64,000 nt of DNA, taken from contig QHSL01000062.1 in the NCBI GenBank assembly GCA_003220435.1, positions 65,919-129,918 of the forward strand, given 5' to 3'. Of the stretch, positions 37,623-48,321 are shown in pieces. The notes under the pieces were generated by a model, which worked only from the letters and a program-made list of their open reading frames with translations, was not told the DNA's origin and did not search any database. The translations under genes were made by a program, and so were the position numbers. Numbering within the stretch: the stretch's first letter is position 1; each line of letters begins with the position of its first letter. Origin of the DNA: Candidatus Rokuibacteriota bacterium (GTDB taxonomy: Bacteria; Methylomirabilota; Methylomirabilia; Rokubacteriales; CSP1-6).

Positions 37623-39104
37623 CTAGCTCTCGATGAACGCCTTCAAGTTTCGGCCCCGAAGCGGATGGCGAAGCTTCCGGAGGGCCTTGGCCTCGATCTG
37701 GCGAATGCGCTCGCGCGTCACATCGAACCGCTTCCCGACCTCTTCGAGCGTGTGCTCGCTCTCCTCGCCGATGCCGAACCGGAGACGCAGGATCTCCTTC
37801 TCCTTGGGCGAGAGCATCGACAGAGCCCGCTCGACCTGATGCGTGAGGTCCTGATTCAGGAGCGTCTCGTTGGGCGAACCCGCTGACTTGTCCTCGAGGA
37901 AGTCGCCGAGCTCGGAGTCCTCCCCGATCGGCGTCTCCAGAGACAGGGGCCGCCGGGACGACTCGAGGATCAGCCGCACCTTCTTTGCCGGCACGCCGGT
38001 GCGCTGGGCGAGCTCTTCCGGCGTCGGCTCGCGCCCCATCTCGTTGACCAGGTTGCGATTCACCCGCGAGATCCGGTTCAGGGTCTCGACCATGTGGACG
38101 GGAATGCGGATCGTGCGCGAGTGGTCGGCGATCGCCCGGGTGATCGCCTGGCGGATCCACCAGGTCGCGTAGGTCGAGAACTTGAACCCGCGCCGATACT
38201 GAAACCGATCGACCGCCTTCATGAGGCCGATGTTGCCTTCCTGGACGAGGTCGAGCAGCGTCAGGTCGCTCCCGAGGTACCGCTTCGCGACCGACACGAC
38301 CAGACGCAGGTTCGCCTCCATCAGCTCGCGCTTCGCCTGGCGCACGGTGCGGTCGCTGCGCTCGATCTGCTCGAGGAGCGGGCCCAGCTGCCGGCGTCGG
38401 AGCCCGACGAGACGCTCGAGGGCGCGAACCTCGCGGATGGTGGCCGTCGTCCGCCCGCGGCGACTCTCACGGTCGAGTTCGCAGAGCCGCTCCCAGCGGC
38501 GCCTGACCTTCGCCACCAGCTCGTCGATGAGGGCCGGCTTGAGCGGCATCTCAGCGACTACCTTCTGGATGGCCTCGCGGGCCGCCGCGACCGCCGCTGT
38601 CGCCGTCTTCCGGCCGGTACGGGACCGAACGCGAGCGAGGAGCGAGCCTTCGAGCCGCGCGATCTTGCGCTCCAGGCGCCGGATGCGCGCGAAGGCCAGG
38701 AGTACGGGGCGAATCGCCTTCGCCTCGAGTTCGCCTCCTTCCGCCAGGACGATGACCTCGTCGGGCGAGATCTCGCCCCGACGCAGCCTGTCACCGACCT
38801 CGAGAAGGGCCGCCACCGCCATCGGGATCCCGGCGAGCGTACGCCGGAGAGCGATCTGGCCGACCTCGATCCGGCGGCCGATCTGTACTTCCTGAGCGGC
38901 AGTCAGCAGCGGTACCTTGCCGATTTCCTTCAGGTAGAGACGAACGGGATCCTCGCCCTTAGGCGCGAACCGAGCGTCCTCCCCGGAGGCAGCCTGCTCC
39001 GCCTCGTCCTCGGTCTGTCCGGGAAGCTCTCTATCCTCAGCCGGATCGGTCGGGGTCACCGGGGTGACCTCGAGGGTGTCCGGAGACGCTTCTCTAAATG
39101 TCAT
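37623..39104 (-). CDS. RpoD-like sigma-70 factor lacking region 1.1
   Basis: [92 protein letters not shown]. Confidence 0.93.
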   Translation of the reverse strand: MTFREASPDTLEVTPVTPTDPAEDRELPGQTEDEAEQAASGEDARFAPKGEDPVRLYLKEIGKVPLLTAAQEVQIGRRIEVGQIALRRTLAGIPMAVAALLEVGDRLRRGEISPDEVIVLAEGGELEAKAIRPVLLAFARIRRLERKIARLEGSLLARVRSRTGRKTATAAVAAAREAIQKVVAEMPLKPALIDELVAKVRRRWERLCELDRESRRGRTTATIREVRALERLVGLRRRQLGPLLEQIERSDRTVRQAKRELMEANLRLVVSVAKRYLGSDLTLLDLVQEGNIGLMKAVDRFQYRRGFKFSTYATWWIRQAITRAIADHSRTIRIPVHMVETLNRISRVNRNLVNEMGREPTPEELAQRTGVPAKKVRLILESSRRPLSLETPIGEDSELGDFLEDKSAGSPNETLLNQDLTHQVERALSMLSPKEKEILRLRFGIGEESEHTLEEVGKRFDVTRERIRQIEAKALRKLRHPLRGRNLKAFIES

Positions 39105-39479
39105 CGTGTCACCAATTTACTCGTGGTTTCCTCTTGTTTCTGATGCGCCATGGGTGCCTGACGTTTCACGTTTGGGGCAGATTGTTGCCGGCCCCGCCCG
39201 CGTCTCTTCGCACCGCTCTGACCGGCGCCTGGGTCGGCCTATTCACGATCGACTACAAGAGCTTGTCGGCTGCCGGGCTCGGATGGTCTCATTACTAGGG
39301 TCGCCTGTCCTAGCTACGGCAATCGATCAGGTCTTTCACCGAGGCGGTCACTGGTCTTTCCACTACAGCAACCTCACCCGTGGGACCCCGGAGCGGCGTG
39401 ACGTGGATCAGGCAGTTCCGTGGCGAGACGGGGCGATGGTCGCTCACGGCAGCCCTGCCGAGAATGTAAAATCGACGGC

Positions 39480-40913
39480 GTGATTACCCCGAGCGCCAGC
39501 TACAGCTTCACTGTCCGCCTCCAGATCCCGAACCGGCCCGGCATGCTCGGTCGGGTCGCGTCAGCGATCGGCGACGCCGGAGGCGACATTGGGGCTGTCG
39601 ACCTGGTGGAGACGACCCGGGACCGAACTGAGCGCGATATCACCGTCAAGGCCCGCGACAGTGTCCACGCGCAACAGATCGTCAGCCGGCTGAAGCGTGT
39701 CGCCGGCCTCCGCGTCGGTGCGGTCTCGGACCGGACGTTCCTCATGCATCTCGGCGGCAAGATCGAAATCCGAAACAAGGCCCCGATCCGTACTCGGGAC
39801 GATCTCTCGATGGCGTACACGCCGGGCGTGGCCCGGATATGCCTCGCCATCCGGGACGACCGTCAGCGCGCCTTCTCGCTGACGATCAAGAAGAACACCG
39901 TCGCCGTCGTGACCGACGGCACCGCGGTGCTCGGCCTGGGCGATATCGGCCCGGAGGCGGCCCTGCCCGTGATGGAAGGCAAGGCGATGCTTTTCAAAGA
40001 GTTTGCCGGCGTCGACGCGTTCCCCATTTGCCTCGCGACGAAGGAGCCCGACAAGATCGTCGAGACCGTGAAGCTGCTGGCGCCGGCCTTCGGCGGCGTC
40101 AACCTGGAAGACATCGCCGCGCCCCGATGCTTCGAGGTCGAGGAGCGGCTCCGCAAGGAGCTCGATATCCCCGTGTTCCACGACGACCAGCACGGTACCG
40201 CGGTCGTCGTGCTGGCCGCCCTCCTCAACGCGCTCAAGATCGTCCGCAAGGAGGCGCGGCGGACCCGCGTCGTGGTGACGGGGGTGGGCGCCGCCGGCAC
40301 CGCCACGATTAAGATCCTCCAGTCCATCGGGGTTCGCGACATCATGGGTGTCGACGAGCACGGGACGATCCATCGGGGCCGGACCAAGGGCATGGACTTC
40401 ATGAAACGATGGGTCGCCGGCGCGACCAACCCGCGCCAGGTCCAAGGGGACCTCGGGGCGGCGCTGGAGAGGGCCGACGTTTTCATCGGCCTGTCGGTGC
40501 CGGGGATCCTGACAGTGCGCGACCTCAAGCGCATGGCGCGCGATCCGATCGTCTTCGCCATGGCCAATCCCGATCCAGAGATACAACCGGAAGAGGCCAG
40601 GAGACACGTGCGCGTGATGGCGACGGGGCGCTCCGACTATCCGAACCAGATCAACAATGTGCTGTGCTTTCCGGGTTTCTTTCGGGGCCTGCTGGACGCT
40701 CGCGTCCGCGCCGTCAACGACGAGATGAAGCTCGCGGCGGCTCGCGCCTTGGCCGGGTGCGTAAGCCGGAGCGAGCTCAGCGAGGAGTACATCATCCCCA
40801 GCGTATTCAACAAGAGCGTCGCGCCGGCCGTCGCTCACGGCGTGGCCGGCGCCGCGCACGAGACCGCGACCGCTCGGCGCCGGCAGCGCCCGGATCTCTC
40901 AGGGATCCGTTGA
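39480..40913 (+). CDS. NAD(P)-dependent malic enzyme with N-terminal ACT domain
   Basis: ACT motif NRPGMLGRV, AYTPGVA, VTDGTAVLGLGDIG, NLEDIAAP, HDDQHGTA, ATGRSDYPNQINN. Confidence 0.92.
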   Translation: MITPSASYSFTVRLQIPNRPGMLGRVASAIGDAGGDIGAVDLVETTRDRTERDITVKARDSVHAQQIVSRLKRVAGLRVGAVSDRTFLMHLGGKIEIRNKAPIRTRDDLSMAYTPGVARICLAIRDDRQRAFSLTIKKNTVAVVTDGTAVLGLGDIGPEAALPVMEGKAMLFKEFAGVDAFPICLATKEPDKIVETVKLLAPAFGGVNLEDIAAPRCFEVEERLRKELDIPVFHDDQHGTAVVVLAALLNALKIVRKEARRTRVVVTGVGAAGTATIKILQSIGVRDIMGVDEHGTIHRGRTKGMDFMKRWVAGATNPRQVQGDLGAALERADVFIGLSVPGILTVRDLKRMARDPIVFAMANPDPEIQPEEARRHVRVMATGRSDYPNQINNVLCFPGFFRGLLDARVRAVNDEMKLAAARALAGCVSRSELSEEYIIPSVFNKSVAPAVAHGVAGAAHETATARRRQRPDLSGIR

Positions 40914-41620
40914 CGCCTCGCTGGTCGGTCGTCATCCCGGCGTTCAACGAGGTCCGGCGGCTGCCGTCGTATCTGGACGCGGTGGTCGCCTACCTCGAGG
41001 GGCGCGACGAGCCCTACGAGGTGATCGTCGTCGACGACGGGTCGACCGACGGGACCTCCGAGGTGGTCGAAGCCCGGCGGTTCCCCTCGGTCAGGGTCCT
41101 GCGCCTCTCGCAGAACTCGGGCAAGGGTGTGGCGGTGCGCGCGGGGATGCTCGCGGCCAGGGGAGCCTATCGGCTGTTCGCCGACGCCGATGGCGCCACC
41201 CCGATCGAGGAGCTGAAGCGCCTCGAGCCAGCCCTGGTGGGGGGGGCCGACGTGGTCATCGGCTCGCGCGTACTCGTCGATCCCGGCGTCTCGGTGGCGG
41301 CGCGCCGCCACCGGGTGGCGGCCGGCCGCGTGTTCAACTGGCTGGTCGCACGGCTGGGACTCGACGCGGTGGCGGATTCGCAGTGCGGCTTCAAGGCGTT
41401 CACGGCGAAGTCCGCCGGGTATCTCTTCGAGCCACTCTCCACCCGGGGCTTTGGTTTCGACGTGGAGCTCCTGCTGCGGGCCCAGACCGCTCGATACCGT
41501 ATCGTCGAGGTCCCCGTGAATTGGGTCGACCGGGCCGGGAGCAAGGTCGGGGTTCTTCGACATGGACCCGGAATGCTCTGGCAGATCGTGCGAGCTCGAC
41601 TCGGGGCGGGACGCTGGTGA
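40910..41620 (+). CDS. GT2 polyprenyl-phosphate glycosyltransferase (dolichyl-phosphate beta-glucosyltransferase-like)
   Basis: SVVIPAFNE, VVDDGSTD, GKGVAVRAG, FADADG, DSQCGFKAF, FDVELL. Confidence 0.9.
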   Translation: MTPRWSVVIPAFNEVRRLPSYLDAVVAYLEGRDEPYEVIVVDDGSTDGTSEVVEARRFPSVRVLRLSQNSGKGVAVRAGMLAARGAYRLFADADGATPIEELKRLEPALVGGADVVIGSRVLVDPGVSVAARRHRVAAGRVFNWLVARLGLDAVADSQCGFKAFTAKSAGYLFEPLSTRGFGFDVELLLRAQTARYRIVEVPVNWVDRAGSKVGVLRHGPGMLWQIVRARLGAGRW

Positions 41621-42774
41621 CGTTCGCTCGGCGAATCCAGGATATCGAACCCTTTCTCGCGGTCGAGGTGGCCGAGCGCGCCCAGGAGCTCGAACGGGCC
41701 GGGATCGATGTGGTACACCTCGAGTTCGGCGAACCGGACTTCGAGGCGCCGGCGGTCGTTCGAGAGGCCGTGGCGCGCGCCATCAAGGACGGCCGCACGC
41801 GATACACCCACAGCCTTGGAATCCTGCCCCTGCGGGAGGCGATCACCGAGCACTACGCCAACACATACGGCGTCACCGTCTCCCCGGATCAAGTCCTGAT
41901 CACGGCCGGCACCTCGCCGGCGATGCTGCTGCTCTTTGGCCACCTCCTGGATCCGGGAGACGAGGTCGTGCTGAGCGATCCATACTATGCGTGTTACCCG
42001 AACTTCATTCGCTACGCCGAAGGCCGGCCGGTGTACGTCGGCGTGACCGAGGAGGATGCGTTCCAGTACCGCCCCGAAGCGATCAAGGCGAGGCTCGGCC
42101 CGCGCACCCGCGCGATCGTGGTCAACTCGCCGGCCAATCCCACCGGCACGGTGCTGTCGCCCGAACGCATGGCCGCGATCGCCGAGCTCAGCCGGGGCCA
42201 GGGCCCGCTGATCGTGTCCGACGAGATCTATCACGGGCTCAGCTATCAGGGGCGGGACCGGACGATCCTGGAATACACCGAGCGGGCGTTCGTGCTCAAC
42301 GGCTTCTCGAAGGCGTATGCCATGACGGGCTGGCGACTCGGCTGGGTGATCGCCCCGCGCGAGCACATCCGCGCGCTGCAGCGGCTCTACGGCAACTTCT
42401 TCATCTCGACGAACGAGTTCGTGCAGTGGGCCGGTGTCGCGGCGCTGCGTGAGGCCTCCGACGAGAGCCGCCGCTTTCGTGCGATCTTCGACGAGCGGCG
42501 CCGAGCGATGGTCGCCGGTCTCCGATCGATCGGGTTCGGCGTCGGCCCCGAGCCCACGGGCGCGTTCTACGTCCTGGCGAACGCCCGGCATCTCTCCACC
42601 GACTCCGTGAGTCTCGCCCGCGAGCTCCTTGAGTCGAGCCACGTCGCGGTGACGCCGGGGGCGGCGTTCGGCGCCAACGCCGAAGGATACCTCCGCTTCT
42701 CGTACGCGTCGTCGCTCGAGCGCATTCAGGAAGGTCTCCGGCGTCTCGGTCGATTCCTCGCGACCCGGCGTTGA
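41617..42774 (+). CDS. Class I PLP-dependent aminotransferase (aspartate aminotransferase-like)
   Basis: GEPDF, NSPANPTG, SDEIY, NGFSKAYAMTGWRLG, YLRFSYA. Confidence 0.92.
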   Translation: MTFARRIQDIEPFLAVEVAERAQELERAGIDVVHLEFGEPDFEAPAVVREAVARAIKDGRTRYTHSLGILPLREAITEHYANTYGVTVSPDQVLITAGTSPAMLLLFGHLLDPGDEVVLSDPYYACYPNFIRYAEGRPVYVGVTEEDAFQYRPEAIKARLGPRTRAIVVNSPANPTGTVLSPERMAAIAELSRGQGPLIVSDEIYHGLSYQGRDRTILEYTERAFVLNGFSKAYAMTGWRLGWVIAPREHIRALQRLYGNFFISTNEFVQWAGVAALREASDESRRFRAIFDERRRAMVAGLRSIGFGVGPEPTGAFYVLANARHLSTDSVSLARELLESSHVAVTPGAAFGANAEGYLRFSYASSLERIQEGLRRLGRFLATRR

Positions 42775-42787
42775 GCCCCTGAGCCCG

Positions 42788-43507
42788 ATGGACCCCGCCT
42801 ACGTCGGCGTCCACCTGGAGGAGGACCGGTCGCACTGGTGGTTTCGTGGCCGGCTCGCGGTAATCACCGCGACGCTCCGTCGGGTGCTTCCGCCGCGTCC
42901 CGTCCGCCTGCTCGAGCTCGGCTGCGGCTCGGGCAACGTGCTCGCGGCTCTGGCCGAGTTCGGCGAGGCAGTCGGCTTGGAGGCGCATCCGGAGCTCATC
43001 GCCGCCGCGCGGGCGGCCGGGCTCGACGTCCGCGCCGGGCGACTCCCGGACGACCTCGGTGTCGTCCCGGGTTGGGCCGACGTGGCGCTGCTGCTCGACG
43101 TGATCGAGCACCTTGATGACGACGTCGCCGCGCTCGCCGCGGCTCGCCGGGCCGTCTGCGAGGGCGGTCTGCTCGTCGTGACGGTGCCGGCGTACCGCTG
43201 GCTCTGGAGCGGCCACGACGAGGTCCTCGGCCACCGGCGACGCTACACCGCGGCCGGGCTGCGCACCGCGGCCGAGCGCGCGGGCTTCCGGGTGCTTCGT
43301 ATCAGCTACTTCAACACGGTTCTCTTCCCGATGGTGGCACTGGTGCGCGCCTGGAAGACGCTCCGCGGCGATCGTGGCCATGACCTGCGCCGGCCTGCGG
43401 CGCCCGTCAACCGGCTCCTCGAGGGCCTGTTCGCCTTCGAGCGCCATCTTGTTCCCCGCGTCGCGCTGCCGTTCGGCGCGTCGCTGATTCTGATCGGACG
43501 GCGATGA
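42788..43507 (+). CDS. Class I SAM-dependent methyltransferase
   Basis: HWWFRGR, LELGCGSG, LDVIEHL, VTVPAYRWLWSGHD, HRRRYT. Confidence 0.9.
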   Translation: MDPAYVGVHLEEDRSHWWFRGRLAVITATLRRVLPPRPVRLLELGCGSGNVLAALAEFGEAVGLEAHPELIAAARAAGLDVRAGRLPDDLGVVPGWADVALLLDVIEHLDDDVAALAAARRAVCEGGLLVVTVPAYRWLWSGHDEVLGHRRRYTAAGLRTAAERAGFRVLRISYFNTVLFPMVALVRAWKTLRGDRGHDLRRPAAPVNRLLEGLFAFERHLVPRVALPFGASLILIGRR

Positions 43508-45663
43508 ACGGCGACCGCTCGGGGGCCGTCCGCGAATGGGCACTCGTGGCCGGCGTCTACGCCGCCATGGTCGTCATCGCGGCCGCGTGGCTCGCGGTGG
43601 ACCGCACGCCCCCCGAGTGGGACCACGCCAACCACCTCGAGCGCGTCGTCCACTGCGCCGAGGATCTCGCCAGGCGTGACGTCCGGACCATCGTCGAGCG
43701 CTCATCGTTCTACCCTCCCCTCGTCCCTTGCGCCGCGGCCGTGCTCTACCGGCTGGCGCCGTCGGACGTGGCCGCGGCGCAAGCCGTTGTCCTCGCATTC
43801 CTGGGCCTCGGCATGGCCGCCGTGTACGCGCTTGGGCGCCAACTGGCCGGCGGCACCGAGGGCGTCGTCGCCGCGGTCGTCTTCGGGTGTGCGCCCTTCG
43901 TGGTCTTCTCGTCCCTGCGATTCCAGCTCGATCTGCCGCTGGCGGCGATGGTGGCGCTGGCGCTCGTCGTCCTGCTCCGGACCGAGGGGCTCGCCCGCCC
44001 CGGGTGGTCGCTGGTCGCGGGCCTCGTATTCGGCGTCGGGATGCTCACGAAACCTCCGTTTGCCGCTTACCTGGTCGTTCCGGTCGTCGCGATCCTCTCC
44101 CGCGGGGATCGGGGCAACAAGCTCGTCAAGGCCGGGCTGATGATCGCGATCGCGTCGCTCATCGCACTGCCCTGGTATGGACCGCGGCTCTTCGGCCTTC
44201 TCCCGCAGATCGCGAGCCGCTCGTTCAAGCAGGCGGCGGAGTCGGGGCATCCCGACCCCTTCACGGCGTCGGCGCTGCTCTTCTATCCGACGATGCTCGT
44301 ACCCCAGTTCGGCGTGCTCGCGGTCGTGCTCCTCCTGGCCGGGCTGGTCGTCGCGATCCTGAGGCGGCAGGGCGTGGCGGTGACGGCATTCCTGGTTCCG
44401 TTCGTCCTGTTCTCACTCCTCCAGAACAAGAACCTGCGCTACACGCTCCCGCTCCTGCCGATCGCCTCGGTCCTGGCCGGGATGGGGTTCGGCCTCCTGC
44501 GAGGCCACGGTCGGGTGATCGGCGGCGGTGTCCTCGCCGCAGTCTGCGTGCTCCAGGTGAGCGCCACGGTTCTGCCCGTGCCACGGGGGCTCACCCTGCC
44601 GGGGCTCGGCGTCGCGCTCGTTCCCGAGTCGCCGCCGCGGAGGGGCAACTGGCGGCATCGGGAAATCCTCGCGCTCATCACCCGCGACAGTCGCGGCGCC
44701 CCGGCGACGGTGAGCGTGGTCCCGAACGACAACTTCTTCTCCGTGAGCAATTTTCGATACTACGGGGCGCGGGATAGCCTCCCGCTCCGGTTCACGCGCG
44801 CCTGGGAGAGCGAGCCGATCGGCATCGAGTACATGATTCTGAAAACCGGCGACGTGGGACCGGCGTGGACGGCGGCGAGGCCGCGACGCATCGCGGAGCG
44901 GCTCGCCAGCGATCCCCATCTCGCCCGCGTGTTTCCGGTCCTCGACGAGTTCGCCCTCCCCGACGGATCGACCGCCAGTGTCAGGGTACGGCGCCTCACC
45001 GACGCGCTGGACGTCGAGGTCGCCACCTTCGCGCGCGAGGTCGAGGCCGCGATTCGCCGAGCGCTCGCCGACGTCGTCAGCGGCGCCGAGGGTCTCGAGA
45101 TCCGTCTCGTCTACGACGACGCCCTCCGGCACGGTCAAATCAGCCGCGTCGAGATCCGCGCCGCGTCGGCGGCCGTCGGCGAGATGACGCGCCCGGGTGC
45201 GGCCATGCTCCGCGTCCGCGACGTTCGGATCGCCTTCGACGACGTGCTCGTAAACCCGTTCAGTATTCACGCGACTGGCCGGCTCGGACCCCTGGAGGCC
45301 AGGCGCGTCGCCCTGGAGCAGGTCACCATCCTCGAGGCCGATGCCCGCGCGTTCCTCCGCGAGCAAAAAGCATTCAGCCGGGCTTCGGTGAAGCTCGAGT
45401 CCGGCGCCGTCGCGTTCGTCATGCATCTGCCCGGGCCCGACGTGGCGGCGCGCGTACGCTTCGTTCCCGCGAACGACCGGCCGTTCGCCCTGGAAGCCGA
45501 GAGCGTCAGGATTGGATGGATTCCCGTGCCGGCGCCTCTCGTCGACTGGGTCGTGCGTACCTGGGACCCTTCGCCCAGGCTGGCCCGGCGCTTGCCCGTC
45601 CCGGTCACGCTCCGACACCTGGACGTCACGCCGGAGGCCATCAAGGTCTCCGACAGCCCGTAG
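43504..45663 (+). CDS. GT-C (ArnT/PMT-like) membrane glycosyltransferase with an extra C-terminal beta-rich domain
   Basis: WDHANHL, FYPPL, many TM helices, GMLTKP, ALPWY, KNLRYTLPLLP. Confidence 0.8.
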   Translation: MNGDRSGAVREWALVAGVYAAMVVIAAAWLAVDRTPPEWDHANHLERVVHCAEDLARRDVRTIVERSSFYPPLVPCAAAVLYRLAPSDVAAAQAVVLAFLGLGMAAVYALGRQLAGGTEGVVAAVVFGCAPFVVFSSLRFQLDLPLAAMVALALVVLLRTEGLARPGWSLVAGLVFGVGMLTKPPFAAYLVVPVVAILSRGDRGNKLVKAGLMIAIASLIALPWYGPRLFGLLPQIASRSFKQAAESGHPDPFTASALLFYPTMLVPQFGVLAVVLLLAGLVVAILRRQGVAVTAFLVPFVLFSLLQNKNLRYTLPLLPIASVLAGMGFGLLRGHGRVIGGGVLAAVCVLQVSATVLPVPRGLTLPGLGVALVPESPPRRGNWRHREILALITRDSRGAPATVSVVPNDNFFSVSNFRYYGARDSLPLRFTRAWESEPIGIEYMILKTGDVGPAWTAARPRRIAERLASDPHLARVFPVLDEFALPDGSTASVRVRRLTDALDVEVATFAREVEAAIRRALADVVSGAEGLEIRLVYDDALRHGQISRVEIRAASAAVGEMTRPGAAMLRVRDVRIAFDDVLVNPFSIHATGRLGPLEARRVALEQVTILEADARAFLREQKAFSRASVKLESGAVAFVMHLPGPDVAARVRFVPANDRPFALEAESVRIGWIPVPAPLVDWVVRTWDPSPRLARRLPVPVTLRHLDVTPEAIKVSDSP

Positions 45664-45672
45664 GAGAGAGCG

Positions 45673-46329
45673 ATGAGAGAGTCGCGCGAGGCCAAGCGCG
45701 CCCGGGCCCGAAGGATCGTCAGCGCGCTCAAGAAAGCCTATCCTGACGCAAGGATCGCTCTCAATTTCGGGACTCCACTCGAGCTGCTGGTCGCCACGAT
45801 CCTCTCGGCCCAGTGCACCGACGAGCGGGTGAACTTGGTGACCCCGTCGCTCTTCGCCAGATACGCGAGCGCGCGCGACTACGCCTGTGCGGACGCCGCG
45901 ACTCTGGAGCAAGAGGTGCGCTCCACGGGGTTCTACCGCGCGAAGACCCGCTCGATCATCGGGATGGCGAAGGCACTCGTCGACGAGCACGGCGGCGAGG
46001 TGCCGCGCACCCGAGAAGCGCTGACCGCGCTTCCAGGCGTGGGGCTCAAGACGGCGAACGTGATCCTCGGAAACGCGCTCGGGGAGCCGGCGATCGCGGT
46101 CGATACGCACGTCTTCCGCGTCTCGCAGCGCCTGGGTCTCGCGCGCTCGGACGATCCCGATGAGATCCACGATCAGCTCGTCGAGGTGCTGCCGCGCCAC
46201 GAGTGGACACGGACCACGCACCTCATTCAAAGCCACGGCCGGCGCTGTTGTGTGGCGCGAAAGCCGCGCTGCCCGGCGTGTCCGGTGCGCGCGCTCTGCC
46301 CCTGGCCCGGCAAGAGCAAGATTCGTTGA
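45673..46329 (+). CDS. nth: Endonuclease III
   Basis: LVATILSAQCTD, HhH LPGVGLKTANV, AVDTHVFR, 4Fe-4S motif CVARKPRCPACPVRALC. Confidence 0.95.
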   Translation: MRESREAKRARARRIVSALKKAYPDARIALNFGTPLELLVATILSAQCTDERVNLVTPSLFARYASARDYACADAATLEQEVRSTGFYRAKTRSIIGMAKALVDEHGGEVPRTREALTALPGVGLKTANVILGNALGEPAIAVDTHVFRVSQRLGLARSDDPDEIHDQLVEVLPRHEWTRTTHLIQSHGRRCCVARKPRCPACPVRALCPWPGKSKIR

Positions 46330-46354
46330 CAGGCCAGGCCTTTCCCTTTAGAGT
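46326..46354 (+). promoter_or_regulatory. Sigma70 promoter of the rplM operon
   Basis: TTGACA-N17-TAGAGT, overlapping the nth stop codon. Confidence 0.7.
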
Positions 46355-46411
46355 ATGGCGGCGCGAATTTTTCTGTGTGGACGCCTACTTAGAGCCGTCG
46401 AGGGGATGCTG

Positions 46412-46855
46412 ATGCCGACGTTGATACCAAAGGAAAGCGAGATCGAGCACAAATGGTTCGTCGTCGACGCCGAGGGGCAGGTGCTCGGACGGCTGGCGAG
46501 CCGCGTTGCGTCAATACTGAGGGGCAAGCACAAGACGACGTTCACCCCGCACCTTGACGTCGGCGATCACGTGGTCGTGCTGAATGCTGCGAAGGTGCAC
46601 CTGACGGGGCGTAAACTCCGGGACAAACAGTACCGCTGGCACTCCGGCTACATCGGTGGCCTGCGCGAGGTGAGTGCCGAGACGATGCTGAAGACTCACC
46701 CGGAGCGCGTCATCGAGTGGGCGGTGCAGGGCATGCTGCCGAAGAACCGGCTCGGGCGAGCGATGGCCAAGAAGCTGAAGGTGTACCGCGGCGGCGCGCA
46801 TCCGCATCAGGCACAGCGCCCCGAAAATCTCATCGCGAAGGCGGAGGGTCGCTGA
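46412..46855 (+). CDS. rplM: 50S ribosomal protein L13
   Basis: [46 protein letters not shown]. Confidence 0.97.
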   Translation: MPTLIPKESEIEHKWFVVDAEGQVLGRLASRVASILRGKHKTTFTPHLDVGDHVVVLNAAKVHLTGRKLRDKQYRWHSGYIGGLREVSAETMLKTHPERVIEWAVQGMLPKNRLGRAMAKKLKVYRGGAHPHQAQRPENLIAKAEGR

Positions 46856-47253
46856 TGGCCGCAGTGGTCGACAGATTCTACGCGACGGGGCGCCGCAAGA
46901 CGTCCGTCGCGCGCGTGTGGATCCGGCCCGGCGCCGGCCGCATCGTCGTGAACCGTCGCGCCTTCGAAGACTACTTCCCCCGCGAGACGCTGCGGATGAT
47001 CATCGCGCAGCCGCTCGAGGTGACGAGCACCGCGGGTCAGTTCGACGTGTTCGTGACCGTCGGTGGTGGCGGACCGACCGGCCAGGCCGGCGCGGTGCGA
47101 CACGGCCTCTCCCGCGCCCTGGCGCGCTTCGACGACAAGTTCCGCCTGCCGCTCAAGAAGGCGGGCCTTCTCACCCGCGATCCGCGGATGCGCGAGCGGA
47201 AGAAGTACGGCCAGCCCGGCGCTCGCCAGAAGTTCCAGTACTCGAAGCGCTAG
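46855..47253 (+). CDS. rpsI: 30S ribosomal protein S9
   Basis: [42 protein letters not shown]. Confidence 0.97.
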   Translation: MAAVVDRFYATGRRKTSVARVWIRPGAGRIVVNRRAFEDYFPRETLRMIIAQPLEVTSTAGQFDVFVTVGGGGPTGQAGAVRHGLSRALARFDDKFRLPLKKAGLLTRDPRMRERKKYGQPGARQKFQYSKR

Positions 47254-47270
47254 TGTCCAGGCGGCCCGAG

Positions 47271-48320
47271 ATGATCCGTGTCGCCGTCGCCGGAGCGAGC
47301 GGCTATATGGGAGCCGAGCTCCTGCGCCTGCTCTCCGTCCACCCGAAGATCGAGCTGACCGGCGTGACCTCCGACCGGCTCGCCGGCGAGCCGGTCGGCA
47401 AGGCGTATCCGCACCTGCGCGGGATCAGCGATCTGAGATTCCATGACCTCGATCCGGAGTGGCTCGCCTCCGTCGCCGACCTGGTCTTCCTCGCGCTGCC
47501 TCACATGGAGTCGCAGAAAACGGTCCCGGTGCTGCGGCGCCGCGGCTGCCGCGCGGTCGACCTCTCGGCCGACTACCGGTTGCGCGACGCGAACGACTAC
47601 GTGACGTGGTACAAGGCGCCCCACATCGATCCGCCCGGGCTCGCCGAGGCGGTCTATGGATTGCCGGAGCTTCACCGGAAGGCGATCGCGGGCGCCTCCC
47701 TCGTCGCCTCGCCCGGCTGCTATGCGGCCGGGGCGATCCTCGCGACGGCGCCGCTCGTGCGCGCCGGCCTCGCGCGACTCGAGGGGATCGTGATCGACGG
47801 CAAGTCGGGCGTCACCGGTGCCGGCGCCCAGGGGCGGAAGATCGACCCGATGTACCTCTTCACCGAGGCCAACGAGAATGTGCAGGCATACGGGATGGCC
47901 TCGCACCGCCACACGCCGGAAATCGAGCAGGAGCTCGGCGCGCTTGCCGGCACCCCGCTGCGGGTCGCGTTCACGCCGCACCTGCTGCCGCTCAACCGCG
48001 GGCTCTTCACGACCGCGTCGGTGTCGCTCTCCACCGTGATACCGACGGCCGGATTGCTGGACGTCTACCGCGAGTTCTACGCGGGTGAGCCCTTCGTGCG
48101 CGTCCTCGACGAGGGCGAGCGTCCGACGACGCGCACCGTCGTCGGCTCCAACTTCTGCGACGTCACGGTGGTGGCGGATCCGCGCACGCGCCGCGCCGTG
48201 TGCGTGTCGGCCATCGACAACCTCGGCAAGGGCGGCTCGGCCAACGGCGTTCAGAACCTCAACGTGATGTTCGGCTGGAACGAGCGCGCCGGGCTCGAGG
48301 CCCCCCCGGTGTACCCCTAG
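47271..48320 (+). CDS. argC: N-acetyl-gamma-glutamyl-phosphate reductase
   Basis: GASGYMGAEL, DLSADYRL, YGLPE, PGCY, SGVTGAG, HRHTPEI, IDNLGKG. Confidence 0.95.
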   Translation: MIRVAVAGASGYMGAELLRLLSVHPKIELTGVTSDRLAGEPVGKAYPHLRGISDLRFHDLDPEWLASVADLVFLALPHMESQKTVPVLRRRGCRAVDLSADYRLRDANDYVTWYKAPHIDPPGLAEAVYGLPELHRKAIAGASLVASPGCYAAGAILATAPLVRAGLARLEGIVIDGKSGVTGAGAQGRKIDPMYLFTEANENVQAYGMASHRHTPEIEQELGALAGTPLRVAFTPHLLPLNRGLFTTASVSLSTVIPTAGLLDVYREFYAGEPFVRVLDEGERPTTRTVVGSNFCDVTVVADPRTRRAVCVSAIDNLGKGGSANGVQNLNVMFGWNERAGLEAPPVYP

Positions 48321-48321
48321 G

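Noticed and set aside
39064..39483. ORFs 39064..39483 and 39098..39298 in the sigma/malic enzyme gap
   Set aside because: Atypical codon usage, overlap with neighbours and no motifs. Treated as non-coding.
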